Below are positions 26,201-36,439 of a stretch of 64,000 bases of DNA, piece by piece. Positions within the stretch are counted from its first letter, which is position 1. Every line of letters starts with the position of its first letter. Both the position numbers and the translations under genes were made by a program. This stretch comes from Ekhidna sp. (GTDB lineage Bacteria; Bacteroidota; Bacteroidia; Cytophagales; Cyclobacteriaceae), in NCBI GenBank assembly GCA_965261215.1, contig CBDHDT010000100.1:56905-120904 (forward strand). Reading direction: 5' to 3'. The notes beneath the pieces were generated by a model. The model did no database searches and was not told the DNA's origin. It worked only from the letters and a program-made list of their open reading frames with translations.

Positions 26201-29200
26201 GAAAGGAGCATTGAAATACTCAGAAAGTAAGTTTTTCTTAAAATGTTTGAAAAGGGTAAATGCTGAGGAAAATTTGGATTTGTTTAAACAACTGTTTTTG
26301 ATCAAACCAGTAAAATGGGGGATATAAAAACTTGTTTTTCTCCTCAAAGTGAGCCACATACGGCTAAACTATGCTTTTCTGTTGTTTTGAAACATTTTTG
26401 GGAAAATTCAGTGAACTTCTCTTCTTAGTCCAAAAAGTAACTATCTCAGAAAGGAGCACTGAAATAACCAGAAAGTTTGTTTTTCTCAAAATGCTTGAAT
26501 AGGACAAATCCTGAGGAAATATGGATTTGTTTAAACAACTGTTTTTTATCAAACCAGTAAAATGGGGGAATTATTAACAAAAACTTGTTTTTCTCCTCAA
26601 ATTGAGGCACATACAGCTATACTATACTTTTCTGTTATTTTGAAGCATTTTGGGGGAAATTCACATAGAACTTCTCTTTTTAGTCCAAAATTAACTATCA
26701 CAGAAAGGAGCACTGAAATACTCAGAAAGTTTGTTTTTCATAAAATGTTTGAAAAGGGTAAATCCTGAGGAAAATTTGCATTTGTTTAAACAACTGTTTT
26801 TGATAAAACCATTAAAAGGGGATAAATATTATAAAAAACTGTTTTTCTCCCCAAAGATTAAACTTAGCTTTTCTGATATTTTGAAGCATTTTATGGGAAA
26901 TTTACAGAGAACTTCTCTTTTTAGTCCAAAAAGTGACTATCTCAGAAAAGAGCACAGAAATACTACGAGAGTTTGTTTTTCTTAACATATTTGAAAAGAG
27001 GCGAATCCTAAGAAACATTTGGATAAGTTAAAACAACTGTTTTGATCAAACCATTAAAAGGGGACAAATATTAACAAAAACTTTTTTTCTCCCCAAAGTG
27101 AGCCACATACAGATAAACTATGCTTTTCATGATGTTTTGAAACATTTTTTGGGAAACTCACAGAGAACTTCTCTTTTTGGTAAAAAAAAGGTTATCTCAG
27201 AAAGGAGCACTGATATACTCAAAAGTTTGCTTTTCTTAACAAATTTGAAAATGGGCAAATCCTCAGGAAAATTTGGATTTGGTTAAACTAATGTTTTTGA
27301 TCAAACCCCTTACAGCTAATCTAAGCTTTTCTTTTGCTTTGTAGCATTTTGGGGGAAATTCACAGAGAACTTCTCTTTTTAGTCAAAAAAGTAACCATCT
27401 TAGAAAGGAGCTCGAAAATACTCAGAAAGTTTGTTTTTCTTGAAATTTTTGAAAAGGGTAAATCCTGAGGAAAAATGGATTTGTTTAAACAACTGTTTTG
27501 ATCAAACCCGTAGAAGGGGGAAAATATTAATAAAAACTTTTTTTCTCCCCAAATGAGCCACATACAGCAAAACTATGCTTTTCTGTTGATTTGAAGCATT
27601 TCCATAGAAATTTACAGAGAACTTTTCTATTAAGTCCAAAAATAATTATCTCAGGAAAGAGCACAGAAATACTCAGAAAGTTTGTTTTTCTTAACAAGTT
27701 TGAAATGGGCAAATCCTGTGGAAAATATAGGTTTGTATAAATATCTGTTTTTGATCAAACCAGTAAAATGGGGGAAATAAAAACATGTTTTTCTCCTAAA
27801 TGTGATCCACATACAGCTAAACTATGCTTTTCTGTTGCTTTGAAGCATTTTGGGGGAAATTCACAGAGACTTCTATTTATAGTCAAAAAAGTGGCTATCA
27901 CAGAAAGGAACATTGAAACAAACAGAAAGTTTGTTTTTCTTAACATTTTTGAAAAGTTGCAAATCCTGAGGAAAATTTGGATTTGTTTAAACAAATGTTT
28001 TTGATCAAACCAATAAAAGGAGACAAATATTAACAAAACTATTTATCTCCCCAAAGTGAGCCAAAAACAGCTGAATTATCCTTTCCTGTAGTTTTGAAGC
28101 ATTTTTGGGAAAATTCACAGTGAACTTCTCTTTTTTGTCCAAAATATTACTATCTCAGAAAGGAACACTGATATACTCAGGAAAAAAAAGTGTCTTAAAA
28201 TGTTTGAAAAGGATAAATCCTGAGGAAAATTTGGATTTGTTTAAACAACTGTTTTTGAGCAATGCTTTTCTGTTGTTTTGAAGCATTTTAGGGGAAATTC
28301 ACAGAGAACTTCTCTTTTAAGTGCAAAAAGTGACATCTCAGAAAGGTGCATTGAAATACTCAGAAAGTTTGTTTTTCTTGAAATTTTTGAAAAGGTGCAA
28401 TACCTGAGTAAAATTTGGATTTGTTTAAACAACTTTTTTTGATAAAACCAGTAAAAGGGGAAAAATATTAACAAAACTGTTTTTCTCCCAAATGTGAGCC
28501 ACATACAGCTAAATTATGCTTTTCTGTTGTTTTGAAGCAGTATCGGGGAAATTCCGAGTGAAATTCTCTTTTTAATCCAAAATATGACTATCACAGAAAG
28601 AAGCATGAAATACTCAAAAAGTTTGTTTTTCTTAAAATGTTTGAAAAGTGTAAATTTGAGAAAAAAATGATTTGTTTAAACAACTGTTTTTGATCAAACC
28701 AGTAAAAGGGGACAAATATTAACAAAAACTGTTTTTCTCCCCAATGTGAGCCCAATACAGCTAAACTATGCTTTTCTGTTGTTTTGAAGTATTTTCGGTG
28801 AAATTCACATAGAACCTCTCTTTTTAGTTCAAAAAGTAACTATCTCAGAAAGGAGCAGTGAATAACTCAGAAAGTTTGTTTTTCTTAAAATGTTTGAACA
28901 GGATAAATCATGAGGAAAATTTAGATTTACTTAAAACAAATGTTTTTGATCAAACAAGTAAAATGGGAAAAATAATAACAAAATCTTTTTTTTCTCCTCA
29001 AAGGTAGCCACATAGTATTAAATATGCTTTTCTGTTGTTTTGAAGAATTTTCGGGAAATTCACAGAGAACTACTCTTTTAAGTCCAAAATCTCAGAAAGG
29101 AGCACTGAAATATTCAAAAAGTTTGTTTTTCTTAAAATATTTGAAAAGGGTAAATCCTGAGGAAAATTTGGATTTGTTTAAACAAGTGTTTTTGATCAAA

Positions 29201-31447
29201 CCAGTAAAAGGGGACAAATATTAAAAAAACTGTTTTTCTACCCAATGTGAGCCACATACAGCTAAACTATGCTTTTCTGTTGTTTAGAAGCATTTTTGGG
29301 GAAATTCACTGAGAACTTCTCTTTTTTGTCCAAAATTTAACTATCCCAGAAAGGAGCTCTGAATACTCAGAAAGTTTGTTTTTCTTAACAAGTTTGAAAA
29401 TGAGCGAATCATGAGGAAAATTTGGATTTGTTTAAACATATGTATTTGATCAAATCAGTAGAATGGGTGAAATATTAACAAAAACTTGTCTTTCTCCTCA
29501 AAGTGAGCCACATAACAGCTAAACAAACCAGTAAAAGGGGACACATATTAACAAAAATTGTTTTTCACCCCATAGTAAGCCACACACAGCTAAACTGTGC
29601 TTTACTGTTGTTTTGAAGCATTTTCTGGAAAATTCACAGTGAACTTCTCTTTTTAGTCCAAAAATTTACTATCTCAGAACAGAGCACAGAAATACTCAGA
29701 AAGTTGTTTTTTTCTTAACAAGTTTGAAAAGTGGCAAATCCTGAGGAAAATTTGGATTTGTTTAAACAACTGTTTATGATCAAACCAGTAAAAGGGGATA
29801 AATATTAACAAAAACTGTTTTTCTCCACAAAGTGAGCCACATACAGCTAAACTATGCTTTTCTGTGGCTTTGAAGCATTTTGGGGGAAATTCACAGAGAA
29901 CTTCTCTTTTTAGTCAAAAAATGACTATCTCAGAAAGGAGTATTGAAATACACTGAAATTTATTTTTCTTAACATGTTTGAAAATGGGCAAATCCTGAGG
30001 AAACTCTGGATTTGTTTAAACAACTGTTTTTGATCAAACCAATAAAATAGGACAAATATTAACAAAAACTTGTTTTTCTCCTCAAAGTAGGCCACATAAA
30101 GCTAAATGTGGCTTTTCTTTTGCTTTGAAGTATTTTTGGGAAAATTTACAGAGAACTTCTCTTTTTAGTCAAAAAGGTGGGTCTCAGAAAGGAACATTAA
30201 ACACTCAGAAAGTTGTTTTTCTTAAAATGTTTGAAAAGAGTAAATCCTGAGGAATATTTGGATTTGTTTAAACAACTGTTTTTGATCAAACCAGTAAAAG
30301 GGGACAAATACTATGCTTTTCTGTTGTTTTGAAGCATTTTCGGTAAAATTCAGAGAGAATTTCTCATTTTAGTCCAAAAAGTAACTATCTCTGAAAGGAG
30401 CATTGAATTACTCAGAAATTTTTTTTTTTTAATGTTTGAACAGGTTAAATCCTGAGGAAAATTTAGATTTGTTTAAACAACTGTTTTGATCAAACCAGTA
30501 AAATGGGGGATATATTAATTTAAAAAAAATGTTTTTCTCCTCAAAGTGAGCCACATACAGCTAAACTATGCTTTTCTGTTGTTTTGAAGCATTTTCGGGG
30601 AAATTCACAGAGAACTTCTCTTTTTAGTCCAAAATGTGACTATCTCAAAAAGGAGCCCTGAAATATTCAAAAAGCTTGTTTTTCTTAAAATATTTGAAAG
30701 GGGTAAATCCTGAGAAAAATTTGGATTTGTTTAAACAACTGTTTTTGATCAAACAAGTAAAAAGGGACAAATATTTAAAAAAAACTGTTTTTCTACACAA
30801 TATGAGCCACATACAGCTAAACTATGCTTTTCTGTTGTTTAGAAGCATTTTTGGGGAAATTCACAGAGAAATTATCTTTTTTGTCCAAAATGGAACTATC
30901 TCAGAAAGAAGCACTGAAATACTCAGAAAGTTTGTTTTTCTTAAAATATTTGAAAAGGGTAAATCCTGAGGAAAATTTGGATTTGTTTAAATGATTGTTT
31001 TTGATCAAACCAGTAAAATGGGGGAAATAAAAACTTGTTTTTCTCCTCAAAGTTAGCTATATACAGCTAAACTATGCTTCTCTGTTGTTTTGAAGCATTT
31101 TTGGGAAAATTCAGTGAACTTTCCTTTTTAGTCCAAAAAGTAACTATCTCAGAAAGGAGCTCTGAAATACACTGAAATTTTGTTTTTCATAAAATGTTTG
31201 AAAAGTGTAAATCCTGAGGAAAGTTTGGATTTATTTAAACAATTGTTTTTGATCAAGCCAGTAAAAGGGAATAAATATTAACAAAAACTGTTTTTCTCCC
31301 AAAAGTGAGCCACATACAGCTAAGCTATGCTTTTCTGTTGTTCTGAAGCATTTTCGGGAATATTCACAGTGAACTTCTCTTTTTAGTCAAAAAAATGACT
31401 ATCTCAGAACAGAGCACAGAAATACTCAGAAAGTTTGTTTTTTTTAA
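20228..31447 (+). repeat. Same satellite, block 3a, forward orientation
   Basis: Forward monomers resume at caaaccagtaaaaggggacaaatattaac (20227/20228) and continue to the TTAA at 31444-31447. Confidence 0.95.
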
Positions 31448-32197
31448 GGGGGGGACCACCCCATTTTTCCCGAAACTTTCATTTTTTTGGTAGCTGTCAT
31501 AACTTTTTTTCCCTTTCTTCTGTGCAAATAATTTTTATACCAGCTTGTTGCTTATTGTGTGTGCTTTAAGATGATATAAAAAAAGTCTCTATAGGCATAT
31601 TTTCTTAGTAGATATATCCAAACACGCAAGGGTTTCTCACAACAAAAAAAATCCTCCTAATTTGTGGCAAAGATAACTCAAAGGCGCCTTGACCGACGCG
31701 CCCACAAATTGGTCTGAGGGTAGCTAACGCACTTAGCTGTGATACTGACGAGTCAGAATTTTTTTCCGGTGAACCTCCCCTCGAGTTCTAGTGTTGAAAA
31801 GAGGCGGACCGCGAAAAATTGGCGCAAATTTCCGCGGTCCGCCTCTTTTCAACACTAGAACTCAGGGGAGGTTCACCGGAAAAAAATTCTGACTCGTCAG
31901 TATCACAGCTAAGTGCGTTAGCTACCCTCAGACCAATTTGGGGGCGCGTCGGTCAAGGCGCCTTTGAGTTATCTTTGCCACAAATTAGGAGGGGTTTTTT
32001 TGTGAGAAACCCTTGCGTGTTTGGATATATCTACTAAGAAAATATGCCTATAGAGACTTTTTTTATATCATCTTAAAGCATACACAATAAGCAACAAGCT
32101 GGTATAAAAATTATTTGCACAGAAGAAAGGGGAAAAAAGTTATGACAGCTACCAAAAAAAAACTGAAAGTTTCGGGGAAAAATGGGGTGGTCCCCCC
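31448..32197. mobile_element. Palindromic (long-hairpin) non-autonomous element, copy 1, inserted in a satellite monomer
   Basis: The left arm gggggggaccaccccattttt...gaggcggaccgcg and right arm cgcggtccgcctc...aaaatggggtggtcccccc are reverse complements, with only a few mismatches seen. The loop is ~18 nt (aaaaattggcgcaaattt, centre ~31822). The element interrupts the monomer at cttaa|caagtttgaaa. Confidence 0.85.
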
Positions 32198-32825
32198 TCA
32201 AGTTTGAAATGGGACAAATCCTGAGGAAAATTTGGATTTGTTTAAACAAATGTTTTTGATCAAACCTGTAAAATGGTGGAAATATTAACAAAGATTTGTT
32301 TTTCTCATCAAAGTGAGCCACATACAGATAAACTATGCTTTTCTGTAGTTTTGAAGTATTTTTAGGGAAATTCACAGAGAACTTCTCTTTTTAGTCAAAA
32401 AATTAACTATCTCAGAAAGGAGCACTGAAATACTCAGAAATTTTTTTTTCTTAACAAGTTTGAAAATGAGCAAATCCTGAGGAAAATTGGATTTGTTTAA
32501 ACAAATGTTTTTGATCAAATCAGTAAAATGAGTGAAATATTAACAAAAACATGTTTTTCTCCTCAAAGTGAGCCACATACAGCTAAACTATGCTTTTCTG
32601 TTGTTTTGAAGCATTTTCGGGGAAATTTAAGGAAACTTCTCTTTTTAGTCCAAAAAGTAACTATCTCAGAAAGGAGCTCTGAAATACTCTGAAAGTTTGT
32701 TTTTCTTAAAATGTTTGAAAAGGGTAAATCCTGAGGAAAGTTTGGATTTATTTAAACAATTGTTTTTGATCAAGCCAGTAAAAGGGGACAAATATTAACA
32801 AAAACTGTTTTTCTCACAAAAGTGA
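32198..32825 (+). repeat. Same satellite, block 3b (last ~2.5 monomers); the array ends near 32825
   Basis: The monomer sequence resumes at caagtttgaaatgggacaaatcctgagg. Homology stops after ...aaaactgtttttctcacaaaagtga. Confidence 0.9.
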
Positions 32826-33834
32826 TGTTCTTCCATAATGACATTATATTCCACACATGTGAGCTTGCCTATGTTTATATGGCCAAGAGAGATAGTGCTA
32901 TTAGCGCCAAACGAAACAAGTAGGCCACTGGTTCAACTGTTAGGAGGTTCTGACAGAAGCCATGGTCAGCTGAAGAAGTCTATTGAATGGCAGGACAAAG
33001 AGAATCAGGATAAACTGTGACATCTACAAACAATGGCTATCTTTAAAAGTGCGCTGCTTTTTTTGAACTTATTGACCATCTTCTAGCCTTACCAGATTCA
33101 ATCTGAGCAATTTGCTATTTATGGTAGACACATAATGCACTAGTTGCTATACATCATGTTTTAAGCACTGTATTAATTCAGTAGGGTCCCTACAGGTAAC
33201 TTTGTAATGTAGAAGCTTAGTATTGTGCCATTTTGATGCTAGTACATCATCTGTTTCAAATACCATAAGTAAAAAGTTGTTAATGGTTGTTATGGATACA
33301 GAATATGGTTTTCACACATGATTAGCTTTTACCATGATAATTTACTCTATTGTGATGCGAGTTAGATAGCACTAATACTAAGTATCTTGTTTAATAGGAG
33401 ATGAGACTGCACGCTAGGGTTGCAGTGTGAACCACTCTTATAGGATCAGTCAGTTTTTTATCGTTTTTTTCTCTCGTTATTCGTCAGGTGTAAAGCTTGT
33501 CCTTTATGAATTACTGAATCTCTTCCCCATTTCTGTTCAAGTTGGGAAATATTGACTCTGAAGCTGAAGCAATGATATATACATATGTTATGATCATGGA
33601 CACATTACACACTCTTCCAGTTACGGCTTATAATCAACTCAGAACCTGTACAAAACTCTGTGTCATAGTATTGCTGGAAAACTAAACTGGTGCTTGATTT
33701 TTTTTAATCCTAAACATTAAAAGTTGCTATACCTGTTCAAGTAATATTTGATAGACAAGAATCTTTGATGAACTGTGAATAACCAGTTTATATATTGGAT
33801 TGACCACTTTTTAAAATGGAGGACCGATATCCTC

Positions 33835-34500
33835 CCTCCCAAAAAAAAAGTTTACAGCTAAAACTCACATTGGCAGCTGCTTAACTTTCTAAATGGTGGT
33901 TCGGCCACTATTACCATTAAAAAGACTCCACGAGTGCCGAAATCGTTCACTAAGGTAGTAAACAGGCAGTGTAAAAAAAAACCTTCCTTCTTAAAATCTT
34001 TGTTTGTTTGTTCAATAATCTTCGTTCGCATAGCTGGCTTACAATAGGTCCTCTCATCATAATTTTAGTACTAAAAGACTCCAAATGTTCCAATAAATAT
34101 CAATCACTGCTCCATTTCACAATCCAGTTAAGCCAAAAAAAAATATGACAAAAATGGTTAAGTATTGTCAGACCACACTTAGGTTGAATATTCGTATCAC
34201 AACAAATAACTCATATTTAGTTCAGTCTATTTTGTTTGTGCAGTTCTCACTCCAGGTCAACTATTAAAATGTTCAATGGAGGCCATAGCTGATCATTTGC
34301 CAAAATATCTGCAGTATGTTCTCCTGTGCAATGCCAAGTTCTGGAAGCTGCCCTACATGGGTGCAGTCCGCAATAGCAACAAGATATGGTATAATTTTGC
34401 AGTGGACAATATAGTGTACATGGGTAGAGTTACCAATACATATCATGTATCTATCGATAATGATATGTGTAGCATAAAGCAACAATAAATAGTTTTAAAA
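33835..34500 (-). repeat. Copy of dispersed repeat family X, which carries an exon-8-like block and a single 29-bp motif
   Basis: 33835-34020 aligns with 47935-48120 (ctaaactcaca.tggca, tctaaatggtggtt.ggcc, ctaaggtagtaaa). 34030-34120 is the reverse complement of 53400-53500. 34290-34480 is the reverse complement of 53080-53270 (ccatatcttgtt...gactgcacccatg). Confidence 0.6.
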
Positions 34501-34504
34501 AGTA

Positions 34505-34615
34505 TTAAATGCCTAGGAGCCATCCACTAATCTGCTCACATTTGATGAAAGCTAACAGAAACGCATCTCTATGCCTCTTCATGTCCCCATAGTCCTCTAC
34601 TTCTCCACTGCTCAA
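34505..34615 (-). CDS. Candidate terminal coding exon (36 aa plus stop), product unknown
   Basis: The signal is acag|TTGAGCAG...GGCATTTAA. Translation: LSSGEVEDYGDMKRHRDAFLLAFIKCEQISGWLLGI*. The paralog at ~58660-58765 keeps EDYRDMERLRDVFLFAFIKCEHVSGWILGI* but carries a 2-nt deletion near its 5' end. Confidence 0.3.
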   Translation of the reverse strand: MSSGEVEDYGDMKRHRDAFLLAFIKCEQISGWLLGI

Positions 34616-35308
34616 CTGTAATAGCAGAAACAAACAAAAAAAAATACTTGAAAAAGAGCAAAATAAGTCTTATTTGTATAGAATCATACGATTCAAGTCC
34701 AATTTATCGGAACAATTGTACGCTTACTAGTCGGGTAATTGCATGAGGTGAAGCCAAGTGAAATTTTGACTGTTACAAGTATTTTTATTCCCAAATAATA
34801 GACCCAATTCTTATTCCTGAAAAAAGTTGCAACTATAAAAAAAAAAACCTGAAATTAAGTGTATAGCCAATGGTTAATAATTAGACCAATCTTATGACAG
34901 TATACTGCTTCCTGATAGCAGTATTAGCTCTCTACTTATCATTCAAATATTTATTAAGGTCTATTGCTTACTGAGCAAATGAATGAGTGCCAGGAAGCCA
35001 TGGAACATGTGACACATCTATTCAGCAGCACACTAACTCCAGCATCATTACTACATTTACCACATAGTACACCTTGAGATCAAGAAGATGTAGAGTTAGT
35101 GGATGAGGTGGACGAGGAGGAGTAGGAGGAATGATGTGGAAGAGAATGTGGAGGAGAATGAGGAGAAAAAGGAGAAGAAGAAGGGAAGAGGAAGATGAGA
35201 AGGAAAACAATGGTGGAGTGGGTCTGACAAACTTTTTTTTTAAGAGTCCAAATATGATTTCTAATGATTTTCATGCAATATTATACACTGGTTTGCTACG
35301 GGGCTCAC

Positions 35309-35495
35309 CTTCCCTACCACAGTTGCACTGGAAATCTGGGTCACTTTTTCTAAACTGGTACATACAGAGCTTGGAACTGCCATTTTTCCCAAGGCTATTC
35401 TCAAATGCACAGCGGTAATAGCCAGCAGGACAAATAGAAATGTATAGATTCACTTCGGCAGTGTCTGAAGGGTTGAAGGTTGCCCAAGTTCCATG
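35309..35495 (-). CDS. Candidate Cys-rich exon (187 nt); may be a gene-family fragment or pseudogene
   Basis: The signal is attag|CATGGAAC...GGGAAG|gtgagc. Translation: HGTWATFNPSDTAEVNLYISICPAGYYRCAFENSLGKNGSSKLCMYQFRKSDPDFQCNCGREG. I could not join it in frame to the next candidate exon. Confidence 0.35.
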
Positions 35496-35966
35496 CTAAT
35501 ATGCATATATATAGTATTTATAAAAAATGCACAGAATATGTTACGATTGCATAATTGTCAGGAATAGAGGGGGGAAAAATTTTGGCTATATGTTATAGTA
35601 GCTTGATTGTGGTACAAAACTATTTTTCAAGGATATATTCATGAGGACTTTGGACCATAACACATCATGCATGATCAGAATGCACTAGCTAAAAACAATT
35701 TTACTCCTTGTTCGCTGGCCTTCACTATGGAGCAAGATTACTTCTACTAACCATTATGCGATTTTTGACTTGATCTGCATGTAACTAAGCTGAACAAATT
35801 GGTGCAAAAACAGCCTATTTTTTTCTTAGCATAAAAGTGGCAAGACATAGTGCCAAAGTTTCTAGCAATCCACTGACAGCTATGGTATTCATCTAAGTGT
35901 AGAGGCACAAAATTATCTTCAAAATATCATTCTGCAACAATGGAGCATTCATGTACATGCATGTGC

Positions 35967-36065
<99 letters not shown>

Positions 36066-36439
36066 ATAGCAGAGTTTTATTTACTACACACACATGCAGA
36101 ACTGATCAGTATAATACCGATAATGTGGAAAACAGGCTGGAGAGACATCTAGAAAACACTGTTCTCTAGCTGTCTTCCATTATCCATAAACTGGGTAACT
36201 TAGCTGTTAGTGCTAGCTCCTATGATTTTAAACCAATTTGTCCTTAGTTATTTAATGTGTTTAAATGTCAAAAACATCAAGCACATTAGCACTCAAGACA
36301 TCAGATAGCAGCAAAGAAAGATGTGAAAATGAGCAGATAATGTCTAGTACACATGGCATTTGCGAAAACCATAACCTTTTCGGCTACTTCTGTTATTGGC
36401 AAGCGAAGCAAGCCTTCAGTGGGTAGTGGATGGAAAACT

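Noticed and set aside
31819-32037. A 72-aa ORF inside the palindromic element, with a mirrored ORF on the other strand
   Set aside because: It spans the hairpin centre and simply reflects the palindrome. It is not conserved in copies 2 and 3.
31448-32197. Classifying the hairpin elements as piggyBac-derived MITEs because of the TTAA targets
   Set aside because: The TTAA association is real, but the termini are G-run...C-run, the opposite of the piggyBac CCC...GGG. The target-site-duplication length is not resolved (4, 2 or 0 bp all fit the one empty site). No transposase is present. The superfamily is left unassigned.
2593-32375. Dozens of 60-139 aa ORFs on both strands inside the satellite, such as MAHFEEKNKFLLIFQPFYWFDQK... 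and MGEILTKSCFSPQS...
   Set aside because: They recur once per ~254-bp monomer and appear on both strands. They are broken at different places in different monomers and are made of low-complexity AT-rich codons. They are a by-product of the repeat, not coding sequence.
35022-35418. An acidic or Arg-rich + strand ORF (MMWKRMWRRMRRKRRRRREEEDEKE...) and Ser/Leu/Pro-rich minus-strand ORFs
   Set aside because: This is a purine/pyrimidine low-complexity tract. Copy A has a ~35-bp indel and a stop relative to copy B. The B-copy frame (HLEINVELVDEVDENVEENEEKKEKKKGRGG*) behind an acceptor-like site was noted but is too weak to report as an exon.
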